A stretch of DNA of 64,000 nucleotides, taken from the IMG/VR virus record IMGVR_UViG_3300032326_001267; one strand, given 5' to 3'. The notes beneath the pieces were generated by a model. The model was not told the origin of the DNA. It ran no database searches and saw only the letters and a list, made by a program, of their open reading frames with translations. This DNA comes from an uncultured virus (IMG/VR IMGVR_UViG_3300032326_001267) (taxonomy: Duplodnaviria; Heunggongvirae; Uroviricota; Caudoviricetes). Numbering within the stretch: position 1 is the stretch's first letter; each line of letters begins with the position of its first letter. The translations under genes were made by a program, and so were the position numbers. Shown one piece after another: positions 30,519 through 39,709 of the stretch.

Positions 30519-30550
30519 AAGTTATATAAAATAAATATATAACTTATGGA
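30514..30550 (-). promoter_or_regulatory. 15-bp perfect inverted repeat occluding start codon 30518, with TATTTAT in the loop region
   Basis: TCCATAAGTTATATA (30514-30528), 7-nt loop, TATATAACTTATGGA (30536-30550). Confidence 0.8.
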
Positions 30551-30569
30551 CATTATTCAAAATATTTTA

Positions 30570-31628
30570 TTACAATTTGAAATCATCAAATGCGTTCTCA
30601 CTGATAGTATTATCAATACCTTTTACATAACTACTCAATTCAGTTTCTTGAGGAGCTACTTGTAGTTTCTTACTATCATAGTAACTATCCAACCATCCAG
30701 CTAATGGATTGGTTTTAGATGTTGGATACAACTTCTTATATCCTAGACTTGTTAATCTATTATTAGCTAACCATTCAATGTAATTTTTTAAACTTTCAGC
30801 AGTCAATCCAATCAAACTACCCTTACTGAATAGATAGTCAGCCCAGTCTTTTTCTGCATTTACTGCCATTTCATAAGCAGCATAAATCTTGTCTTCATTT
30901 TTAGCTACAATGTCTTGGAATCCTTCATCTGGATTATTGATCCAGTTCTTCATAATGTTCTGAGTAATAGCAACGTGTAGATTTTCATCACGGCTAATAA
31001 ACTTAATAATCTTACTGTTACCCTCCATCTTTCCACGATATCCAAAGTAGAAACTACAAGCAAATGATACATAGAAGATCAACCCTTCAGTAATTTGGGT
31101 AGCTAATACTGCATCAAATAATTGTTGTTTAACATCATCAGATGGTGCCAATAGTTCATCATACTTCTTACTGATTGCAGTAGCTCTCTTGACAATTTCT
31201 TTGTCTTCTAAGACACTATCAAAGAACTTGGTAGCATCTGGATAAACATTGTTTAGAATGTATGTATAACTGTTACTGTGAATAGTTTCAAAGAAACTCC
31301 ATGAATTCATACAAATTTCCAATTCACTATTGGTAACGTGCTTCATAAGTTCATGAATACTACGACTCAACATACTATCAGTCATAGTCTGAAACTTAAG
31401 GTTACTATCAAATACAAAACGTTCTTCAGGTGAAAGATTCTTATAATCACTAATATCTTTTACCAAGGAAACTTCCTGAGGTCTCCAAAAGAAATTCAAC
31501 TGTTGATCATATAGATCATAGAACTTAGGATACTTGATCAAATCATATCTTTGTAAAGATAGATCTTCACCCAAGAACATTGGATTTCTTAATTGGTCTA
31601 TGTTTCTTTTATTTAATACTGTTTTCAT
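30570..31628 (-). CDS. nrdB: Ribonucleotide reductase class Ia beta subunit
   Basis: FFWRPQEV, DSMLSR, ETIHSNSY, EGLIFYVSF, DENLH, APQETE. Confidence 0.95.
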   Translation of the reverse strand: MKTVLNKRNIDQLRNPMFLGEDLSLQRYDLIKYPKFYDLYDQQLNFFWRPQEVSLVKDISDYKNLSPEERFVFDSNLKFQTMTDSMLSRSIHELMKHVTNSELEICMNSWSFFETIHSNSYTYILNNVYPDATKFFDSVLEDKEIVKRATAISKKYDELLAPSDDVKQQLFDAVLATQITEGLIFYVSFACSFYFGYRGKMEGNSKIIKFISRDENLHVAITQNIMKNWINNPDEGFQDIVAKNEDKIYAAYEMAVNAEKDWADYLFSKGSLIGLTAESLKNYIEWLANNRLTSLGYKKLYPTSKTNPLAGWLDSYYDSKKLQVAPQETELSSYVKGIDNTISENAFDDFKL

Positions 31629-31640
31629 TTTATCCTCCTA

Positions 31641-33929
31641 TTATAGAGCACAAGCACCGCTTTCACAACCGGATTCTTGTGCTACTGGTTGTTTTATTTC
31701 CGTCTTCTTTTCATCCATGACGGTTTGTTTATCACCGTCATCAGTATTAGCATAATACAGATTCTTTAGACCATACTTGTAAGCCAATAACATGTCCTTG
31801 ATTACTTCTTGAACAGGAACTTTATTCTTTTCATAACGGGATGGAATATAATAAGTATTTGTACTAATACTCATATCAGTAAATTTTTGAATGGCAGCAG
31901 CAACCTTCAAGTAACCTTCATTATTTGGCATATCAAAAGCAAAGGTATAATTGTCCTTATACTTATCAATATTTGGAATTACTACTGGCAAAATGTTACT
32001 CTTGCTTCCCTTGAAACTAATAGCACTACGTGGTGGTTCAATACCATTAGTGCTACTTTGAATTACACTACTAGACTCTACAGGCATACATGCAGTTAAT
32101 GTAGAATGTCTCATACCATGTTTCTTAATGTCTTCACGTAGAGTTTCCCAATCACAATGTAGTGGTTCAGTGATGAATTCATCTACATCTCTCTTATAAG
32201 TATCAATTGGCAATACTCCTTGACTAAATTTTGTTCTGTCAAACTTCTCACACTTACCCACTTCTTTTGCCATTTCAACACTAGCCTTGATTAGATAGTA
32301 ACTGGTCTTTTCCATCCACTTGGCAACAAAGTTAGGAGCATCTTTATCCCAATACTTCAAACCTTCTTTAGCCAATAGAGCAGCCAAGTTACTTACACCT
32401 ACACCAAGACTACGGCGTTTCTTTGCAAAGTTTTCTGCGGCTGGTACGAAATAATCTTGATGTTCAATCAAAGCATCCAACATTCTGACAATAATATCAC
32501 AGACACTTTCCATTTCTTCATCATCTTTGATTTCTAACCAATTCAAAGCAGCCAAGATACAAACACCAATTTCTCCGTTTTTATCATTAACATCAGTGAT
32601 TGGAATTAGTGGATGATTAACTTCAAGACATAGATTACTGGTATCTACTTGATCCAACCAACTACCATGTTCATTTGCGTGATCAACAAACATTGTATAA
32701 ATACGTCCAGTTTCAAGACGTTCTTTAGCCAATAGTCCCATCAATTCACGAGCGGGTACTTTCTTCTTGAACTTAATGTTCTTGTTAGCTTCAGCCTTTT
32801 CATACTTTTCCTTGAATCCTTCCAATCCAAAAGTATTCCATAGTGAAGGACATTCATGGTAACTGAATAGTGTAACATCTTGATTCTTCAAGAACCGTTC
32901 AAAGATTAGTTTGTCTAATCCAATACAATAGTCCAACTTACGAACACGGTTATCATCAGTACCTTGATTGTTCTTCAATACAAGAATATCTAGGATGTCA
33001 TAGTGGAACCATGCAAAATTGACGGTGGCACTACCCCCTCTAATTCCATTTTGGTGACAACTCTTTACAGTAGCTTCAAATGCTTTAGCAAAAGGAATTG
33101 GTCCAGTATGCATTACTTCACCATTACGAATTGGAGCATTTGTAGCACGTAGTCTGGATAGATTCAATCCAATGCCATAACGGCTAGCTGTAGCAAATCC
33201 AACTGCACTGTTGTTACTGAAGATACTGCGTAGATCATCATCTACAGTGAACAAAGAACAACTAGCATAACTCTTCATTGGAGTTCTTACACCAGCCATA
33301 ATTGGTGTAGGTAGATTGATTTTATGTTTGCTAAAGTAGTTGTAAGCTTTCTTTACATATTCAAGACGGTTTTCTTTATAGTCTTTAAAGAAAGTCATTG
33401 CAATAAGCATATATGCAAATTGTGGTGTTTCATAGATCTGTTTGGTTGATCTATTTTGTACCAAGTACTTATCACACAACTGTTTGATACCAGCATATGT
33501 AAAACCAAAGTCACGATCATGTTTTAGATATTCATCCAACTTATCAAATTCTTGTTTGTTATACCATTCTAGAATATCATCATCATAAACCAATGCGTCA
33601 ATATTAGTTTTTACAAGATCATATAGTTTAGGAGGATTTTTTCCACCCCAAACATTCTTTCTCAACCTATAGTTCAATAGTCTTGATGCAACATATTGAT
33701 AATTAGGCTTTTCTTCACTAATCAAATTAGAAGCCGCTTCAATCAACATTGTGTGGATATCACCAGAAGACATCTTATCAAAAAATGATAGATGTGCATT
33801 CATTGCAACTTCTTCAAAACTAACACCCTTAATATCCTCAGTAGCCCATTGTAGAACTTTATTAATTTTGTCTGCGTTAAAACTTTCCAACTTTCCGTTA
33901 CGTTTTTTAATGTAAATCTCTTTATTCAT
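31641..33929 (-). CDS. nrdA: Ribonucleotide reductase class Ia alpha subunit with ATP cone
   Basis: IKKRNG ATP cone, PTPIMAG, SC, SNLCLE, LYY, C-terminal CESGAC. Confidence 0.95.
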   Translation of the reverse strand: MNKEIYIKKRNGKLESFNADKINKVLQWATEDIKGVSFEEVAMNAHLSFFDKMSSGDIHTMLIEAASNLISEEKPNYQYVASRLLNYRLRKNVWGGKNPPKLYDLVKTNIDALVYDDDILEWYNKQEFDKLDEYLKHDRDFGFTYAGIKQLCDKYLVQNRSTKQIYETPQFAYMLIAMTFFKDYKENRLEYVKKAYNYFSKHKINLPTPIMAGVRTPMKSYASCSLFTVDDDLRSIFSNNSAVGFATASRYGIGLNLSRLRATNAPIRNGEVMHTGPIPFAKAFEATVKSCHQNGIRGGSATVNFAWFHYDILDILVLKNNQGTDDNRVRKLDYCIGLDKLIFERFLKNQDVTLFSYHECPSLWNTFGLEGFKEKYEKAEANKNIKFKKKVPARELMGLLAKERLETGRIYTMFVDHANEHGSWLDQVDTSNLCLEVNHPLIPITDVNDKNGEIGVCILAALNWLEIKDDEEMESVCDIIVRMLDALIEHQDYFVPAAENFAKKRRSLGVGVSNLAALLAKEGLKYWDKDAPNFVAKWMEKTSYYLIKASVEMAKEVGKCEKFDRTKFSQGVLPIDTYKRDVDEFITEPLHCDWETLREDIKKHGMRHSTLTACMPVESSSVIQSSTNGIEPPRSAISFKGSKSNILPVVIPNIDKYKDNYTFAFDMPNNEGYLKVAAAIQKFTDMSISTNTYYIPSRYEKNKVPVQEVIKDMLLAYKYGLKNLYYANTDDGDKQTVMDEKKTEIKQPVAQESGCESGACAL

Positions 33930-34032
33930 ATAGGTAAAAAATAATTATTTGTTTAATACAAAAAATTAACTTCAAAAAGGAAATTTTTGAAATTAAATTT
34001 TGATGTTTTTTAGTTTAACTTAATATATAAGT

Positions 34033-35412
34033 TTATTCATCACTGTCTTGATGAGCAGTCCACTTGTTGCTCATCATCTTCTTGACCAAGTTTTCTTCTT
34101 GGTTCATTTCATTGATGATGCCAATACCCTCACGGCTGTTTTCAGCAAAGATCTGAATATCACCACAACCAGCATTCATTCTGGATGGGAATGTAATACC
34201 ATCAGGTCCAAACCGATTCTTAATTACGTGGAAACGTGCAGTATTAGCTTGTTTGTCTGACATCTTACGGCTTAGTGACATAACAAAGTCAGCGGTCATA
34301 ATCTTACGATAACTATCTGAAATGTTATTTGCCTGAATAATATCTTCATCCATAGCAGCACGGTTACTTTGTGAAGCACTCCAAATAGGAACTTGTAATT
34401 CACCAGCTACACCACGTAGTTCTTCATAAATACCACCGGCTTCACTATAACTGTTACTATTACGTTCACTCTGAGACGGACGTAGAATGTCAGCATAGTC
34501 AACAATAATCATATCTACCTTAGTACCAAGAGTCTGAATACGTTCAGCATGTAGTTTCAAACTATGAGCAGATACAGTCTTGATTGGAAAGTACTTAATG
34601 ATCAATTTACCAGGCACTTCTGCAATCTTCTTCTTAACAATGTCAATGTTGTTACGGATGTTTTGGAAATCAATTCCAGTAAAACAAGCGTCATAACGTA
34701 GACCAACATAGTTTTCATTCAATTCCAAAGTATAATGTAATACATTTTTACCTTGACGCATTGCTTCTGCACCCATCTTGGCAAGAACCCAACTCTTACC
34801 ACTACCAGCACAAGCAGTAATAATTCCAAGTTCACCACCAGCAAGACCACCATCCATAATGTTGTCTACTTCTGTCCAATTGGTCTTGATAGACTTACGT
34901 GCCATCATGCTCATACGTTTGTCAATATCAACCATGTATTCATGACCAATATTACGTTCCATACCAGCCTTCATGGCAAGATCAACTACATGCTTGATTT
35001 TGTCATACTGACCACTCTTCAAGTGATCAACACTCTCCATAATAGCATTCTTAATCTTCTGATTCTTACAAAATTCAAGAAACTGTTCTTTGATATACTT
35101 CAAATCAGTATCACTGATCTTTTGATAGACTAAACGAAGTTGTTCTACAACTGATTGTTTCAATAAATCATTTTCAATACTATCAACTTTAACCTTAAAG
35201 ACTGCCAAAGTTGGCAGATCCTTGTATTGAAGAAAGTAACTGATTGTTTCTTTAACAATAAATTTATGTGCATCCGTCTCGAAACTATCTGGTTCCAAGA
35301 TATCACTGATACGTTCAATGAATGTTTTATCTGAAACCAAACCACTAATGCATTTGATTTGGAATTCAGATCCGAATTTCTTTAGATTATCTACGATATA
35401 TTTCTCACTCAT
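34033..35412 (-). CDS. Replicative helicase (DnaB/T4 gp41-like)
   Basis: AGSGKS, TLEL, IVDYADI, SASQSNR, KNRFG. Confidence 0.9.
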   Translation of the reverse strand: MSEKYIVDNLKKFGSEFQIKCISGLVSDKTFIERISDILEPDSFETDAHKFIVKETISYFLQYKDLPTLAVFKVKVDSIENDLLKQSVVEQLRLVYQKISDTDLKYIKEQFLEFCKNQKIKNAIMESVDHLKSGQYDKIKHVVDLAMKAGMERNIGHEYMVDIDKRMSMMARKSIKTNWTEVDNIMDGGLAGGELGIITACAGSGKSWVLAKMGAEAMRQGKNVLHYTLELNENYVGLRYDACFTGIDFQNIRNNIDIVKKKIAEVPGKLIIKYFPIKTVSAHSLKLHAERIQTLGTKVDMIIVDYADILRPSQSERNSNSYSEAGGIYEELRGVAGELQVPIWSASQSNRAAMDEDIIQANNISDSYRKIMTADFVMSLSRKMSDKQANTARFHVIKNRFGPDGITFPSRMNAGCGDIQIFAENSREGIGIINEMNQEENLVKKMMSNKWTAHQDSDE

Positions 35413-35465
35413 AATTTATTAACTTTCAATAGACTACACTACAAACCCCCAGTTGAAAAGTTCTT

Positions 35466-36533
35466 TTATAGAACCATTGAATTAATTTTTCCAAACACTT
35501 CATTCAACCAGATTTGTGAATTTGGAAAATTGTTTTGCATACAATCTTCAACCAACAATTTACTAAAACCAAATCTATCCAATTTGTTAATTGGTTTTTC
35601 AATGATTTCATTAATCCGTAGTTGGCTGAAAGATTGTATTTGAGTGTCATGTAACTGCATCAGATCATAGTTCCGTTGCATTACATGCTTGTTGTCTAAT
35701 ATAGTGTTATATAACTTTAATTTACCCTTCTTACTATCACTATAGTTATATATCTCCTGCAATGTATATTGATGATCTTCTGTAAAGATAGGAAAACACT
35801 TAATGATTGTTTTTAGTCCAGCACCAGAAATACCGTCAATGTTATCACTTGTATCACCTTCCATAATTCTGTAATTAATGAAATTCTTACAACTGATACC
35901 ATATTCCAATAGAATTTCTGCACAACCATACAATTTCTTTTTAGTTGGACTCCAGATTTTAATTCTGTCACCAGCTAATTGTAAGAAGTCTTTATCCGCA
36001 CTCATAATGGTAACATTACTATTTTTAAAATATTCTGTTGCCAAATATGCAATTGTGTCATCAGCTTCAATATGATCAATTGCCATTGTTGTTACAGGCA
36101 ATTTATCTAGATATTGTACAGTTCGTAACAACTGTTTCTTTAAGTTTTTATCTTCTGTATCTGGATCAGATAGATCATCATAAGCTCTGTTGAGCCTAAT
36201 TTTTGTCTTTCTACCGCTCTTGTATTCTGGATACATCTTCCGTCTTTTCAGTGAACCCCCTTGTCCATCAGACACAACCACAATCTTTGTAGGATTGATT
36301 AGTTTAGCTGCATAACCAATGCTTTTTAAGCACCCTGCAATTCCACCAGTATGATTACCGTTGGTATTGAGGGAGGGGGAGGCCATGAACGCTCTAATAA
36401 AAGTGTTCATGAAATCAACAATTAGAACTTCAGAATTGGCGGATCTATTCAATCCGCCAACTTTTTCTTCTTGTTTTACATTATCAAATAAAGAAAACAA
36501 CCTCTTTTTTTCACTGTCAGATAGATTACTCAT
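35466..36533 (-). CDS. 5'-3' exonuclease / RNase H (FEN family)
   Basis: IVDFMN, YKSGR, EADD, SADKDFLQ, GDTSDNIDG. Start taken at MSNLS (36533). Confidence 0.9.
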   Translation of the reverse strand: MSNLSDSEKKRLFSLFDNVKQEEKVGGLNRSANSEVLIVDFMNTFIRAFMASPSLNTNGNHTGGIAGCLKSIGYAAKLINPTKIVVVSDGQGGSLKRRKMYPEYKSGRKTKIRLNRAYDDLSDPDTEDKNLKKQLLRTVQYLDKLPVTTMAIDHIEADDTIAYLATEYFKNSNVTIMSADKDFLQLAGDRIKIWSPTKKKLYGCAEILLEYGISCKNFINYRIMEGDTSDNIDGISGAGLKTIIKCFPIFTEDHQYTLQEIYNYSDSKKGKLKLYNTILDNKHVMQRNYDLMQLHDTQIQSFSQLRINEIIEKPINKLDRFGFSKLLVEDCMQNNFPNSQIWLNEVFGKINSMVL

Positions 36534-37677
36534 TCTCAGATGATACACCAGCATCTTCATCCGTGTCAACAACTGCGTCGTCAACAATAATACTATTTGG
36601 ATCTTTGTACTTCATAATTACTTCATCACAAATCTTCAAGTAAATTTCTTCACCCAAAACTTTGTCAGACTTCATTGTTTCTACAAAGTCCTTAGACTGG
36701 AACTTCCATTCACTACCATCATCTTTCTTATAGGTATAATAAGCACCACCTTGTTTTACCAAGTTGTTTTCCTTCAATACTTTGATCCAACTGCCATAAT
36801 CAGCAATTCCACTATCAAAGTAAATATCAAAAGATGCTTGACGTTGTGGTGGTCCCATACGGTTCTTGATAACAACTGCTTTACATTCATTACCAATAAC
36901 TTCTTCACCTCTCTTGAGTTTACCAGTGTTGTTCAAACGTACACGAACACTACAATGATATGCAAGTGACTTACCACCACTTACTACCCACTTATCACCA
37001 AATGCCATAGCATTTAGATTCTGACGCAATTGATTGGTGAATACAGTAAGAACTTTCTGTTTACCAATCATGTTGGTAATCTTACGCATTGCTTTGCTGA
37101 TAATAATAGATTTACCGGTAGCAAATCCATCCTTACCATGATCACTTTCCAATTCTGCCTTTGTTGTTGCTGCAGCAACAGAATCAACAATGATTGTAAG
37201 AATACGATCTTTATTGGACTTTCTTACAATTCCAATCATATGTTCCATCTTTTCAAAAATATCTTCAACAGTTTCGCATTGAACATATAGAAGTTTTGAT
37301 AGATCTACACCAAGACTCTTCCAGAATTCAGGAGCAGCAGCATTTTCAGTGTCAATAACAACTGCAATGCCACCCTTCTTTTGTGTATCTGCTACAACAT
37401 GAGCAGAAACTAGACTCTTACCAGTACCTTCCAAACCATTGAATTCAACCATCTTTCCAACTGGCAATCCACCGTGAGGACGATTGCTAATAGCTAGATC
37501 AAGAATAGAAGAACCTGTACTAATCCAATCACTGATTTCTGCTGGATTTTCTTGTTCATCCAAGAAATATGCAATCTTACCACCATCTTTATTGGCTTTA
37601 TTTAGCTCACTAGCTAATAGTTCAACTAACTCATCTCTTTGAGGAGTATCTTGCGTAACTTGATTTTTCTTTTTCAT
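36526..37677 (-). CDS. RecA/UvsX-like recombinase
   Basis: STGS, GLEGTGKS, IDTE, VDSVA, NQLR, SGG, KNRMGPP. Confidence 0.92.
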   Translation of the reverse strand: MKKKNQVTQDTPQRDELVELLASELNKANKDGGKIAYFLDEQENPAEISDWISTGSSILDLAISNRPHGGLPVGKMVEFNGLEGTGKSLVSAHVVADTQKKGGIAVVIDTENAAAPEFWKSLGVDLSKLLYVQCETVEDIFEKMEHMIGIVRKSNKDRILTIIVDSVAAATTKAELESDHGKDGFATGKSIIISKAMRKITNMIGKQKVLTVFTNQLRQNLNAMAFGDKWVVSGGKSLAYHCSVRVRLNNTGKLKRGEEVIGNECKAVVIKNRMGPPQRQASFDIYFDSGIADYGSWIKVLKENNLVKQGGAYYTYKKDDGSEWKFQSKDFVETMKSDKVLGEEIYLKICDEVIMKYKDPNSIIVDDAVVDTDEDAGVSSENE

Positions 37678-37691
37678 AAATTTATATAACT

Positions 37692-37726
37692 AAAATAGGG
37701 GTGGCAGTAATATATACTACCACCCC
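37692..37726 (-). terminator. Probable terminator after SSB
   Basis: GC-rich stem GGGGTGGCAGTA/TACTACCACCCC followed by TATTTTA on the minus strand. Confidence 0.65.
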
Positions 37727-37743
37727 ATTACAAACAATTAATT

Positions 37744-38565
37744 TTAACTGTTAAACAAGTTATCAAAAGCAGCAGTTACATCATCTGTATTTGCTTTGGA
37801 TGCTTTTGCACTTGGTGATGCGGTACTAGCTTTAGCTGTACTTGGAGTTGGCGCTGTTGCAAATGGAGGAGCATCATCTTCAACAATTGCGTTGACAGTA
37901 CCTTCTGTAGCCTGAGCTTCAGGATTCAACCAAGCATCCATTACTGACTTTAGTTCATCATATGAAAATTCTGGAAATAGATCCAAAATATTCACTTGTT
38001 GAGCAAGAACATCCTTTTGGGATACGTCAATTGCAATAGTTGCATTTGGCTTGACACGGATAGTAGTTTCTGGGAATGACTTACCAGAATCTTCTGCGGT
38101 ACGGAATTCTACAACAATGTCACGACCATGAACTGGATCAGTGATATCACCGTAATCAGGATCATTGATGATTGATAGAATTTCTTGGTAGACATTCTTA
38201 CCAAATCCCCAGAACTTGATTCCTTCACTTTCTTCACCACGGACCAAGATTGGAGCGTATGTACGCATCTTGGGTTCCATCTTACGTCCCAACTGCCAAT
38301 CTTCCTTGTTGCCGGTCTTCTTCATACGATTTGACCATTCAACAATTGGATCTGGACGGTTGAAACTATCAGGAGATAGATAAGTCTTGTTGTTGATATT
38401 ATAGTGGAACTTCAACTCAATAAATGGATTATCAGGTTGATACTTGTAGGGAACAATACGTACAACTTGTTTGCCTGGCTTTGGTTTCCAGATTAGTTGG
38501 GTCTTGTTGTTTGTGTTTGAAAGTGAGTTCAAACGACTCTTTAGTTTACTTAGGTCTAATGCCAT
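37744..38565 (-). CDS. Single-stranded DNA-binding protein (T4 gp32-like)
   Basis: WKPKPG..VRIVP, FWGFGK.VY, DITDP..GRD, acidic C-terminus AFDNLF. Confidence 0.85.
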   Translation of the reverse strand: MALDLSKLKSRLNSLSNTNNKTQLIWKPKPGKQVVRIVPYKYQPDNPFIELKFHYNINNKTYLSPDSFNRPDPIVEWSNRMKKTGNKEDWQLGRKMEPKMRTYAPILVRGEESEGIKFWGFGKNVYQEILSIINDPDYGDITDPVHGRDIVVEFRTAEDSGKSFPETTIRVKPNATIAIDVSQKDVLAQQVNILDLFPEFSYDELKSVMDAWLNPEAQATEGTVNAIVEDDAPPFATAPTPSTAKASTASPSAKASKANTDDVTAAFDNLFNS

Positions 38566-38689
38566 AATTAGTAATTATTTAATAGTTAATTTTTAAGTGT
38601 TAATTAATAAGTTTTGTAACTCATTGAGTGACTCACACGAATCACTTGTTCATAACACTACATAACTATGGCACAGGACTCTGAAAAGT

Positions 38690-39079
38690 TCAACTAATTA
38701 TATTGAAAATTTTGACGGAAATGATTCTGACGGATACATCACCAGTTAAAATAATTGAGTTTCGGTACAATTCCCAGTTCAATTGAAAGGTTTTGTCAAA
38801 AACACCATTGTTTTCTTCAGTGATCAACTTATTCATTGCGTTCAATGTATAAATTGTATTGGTTTGTTTTTTTCTATGTACGCTTATTGTATTTGGCAAT
38901 TTGTTGAATTTATCATCCGTAAGTTCAACATTATATGTCAGATACAATTCTTTTAAATTTTTTGTATTACTGAATATAAATATTTTTTCATTTAGAATAG
39001 TGTAGTTTTGTTTTATCAAATCTACGCAACTCAAATATTCACTGGACGTAGTGAATGTGCAAAGTAATTGTTTTTTCAT
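38690..39079 (-). CDS. Hypothetical phage protein
   Basis: Tightly packed ORF; QLLCTF...HRKKQTNTIYTLNAMN. Confidence 0.7.
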   Translation of the reverse strand: MKKQLLCTFTTSSEYLSCVDLIKQNYTILNEKIFIFSNTKNLKELYLTYNVELTDDKFNKLPNTISVHRKKQTNTIYTLNAMNKLITEENNGVFDKTFQLNWELYRNSIILTGDVSVRIISVKIFNIIS

Positions 39080-39708
39080 TTAATTATTAGTTGTTTACCA
39101 TCTACATACCACAATTTGCCCACTACGTTACCGTTAGAGTCATACCATGTATTTTTCTTTTGATAAAAACCAAATGAATTGGCTTCTTCAAGGGTATACT
39201 CTGTTCTTAAAATTTTCTCTACTTCTGCAGAATCTGCTTGTTTTTCTTGTGGTGTTCTAGTGTCTTGTTCTTCACCATCTTTTGGTTTTTGATCACTTTG
39301 AGCAGCTGGTGGTTCTGGAGCTTTTGGTTGATCTGGTGTTGGTTTTTGTTGTGGTTCTGCTTTTGGTTTTTCTTGAGCAGTTGGATCATCCGCAAAAACA
39401 TTTGGATCACCTTTCATTGGGTTTTTATCAAAGTGAGTTCCCTTTGCAATTGCTTTTTGTTTATATTCTGGGGTTGGAAAGGTTACAAGAATACCATTTT
39501 TGTTGTATGCTTGACGTTCTGGAAATTTTCCTTCTACAACCTTGTTTAGATAATCAGTGACGGTTTCTACTGACATACCTACTTCCAATAGATTACCTCT
39601 CAAGATTTCAATGTGTTCTTGTTTGGTGATATCAAATACACCATCTTCAATAGATATGTCTCTGCTTGATTTGTCTAATGCTTCAAAAATTAATTTCTTA
39701 ATGTTCAT
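39076..39708 (-). CDS. Hypothetical protein with P/Q/K-rich linker
   Basis: Packed ORF; starts MNIKKLIFEAL. Confidence 0.7.
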   Translation of the reverse strand: MNIKKLIFEALDKSSRDISIEDGVFDITKQEHIEILRGNLLEVGMSVETVTDYLNKVVEGKFPERQAYNKNGILVTFPTPEYKQKAIAKGTHFDKNPMKGDPNVFADDPTAQEKPKAEPQQKPTPDQPKAPEPPAAQSDQKPKDGEEQDTRTPQEKQADSAEVEKILRTEYTLEEANSFGFYQKKNTWYDSNGNVVGKLWYVDGKQLIIK

Positions 39709-39709
39709 A

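Noticed and set aside
33960..34002. AT-rich imperfect hairpin between helicase and nrdA
   Set aside because: Only 8 perfect pairs, almost all A/T, which could arise by chance at this composition.
30570..37677. Inteins or introns in nrdA, nrdB, helicase or recA
   Set aside because: Lengths are ordinary, motifs are contiguous and no splicing or homing motifs were seen.
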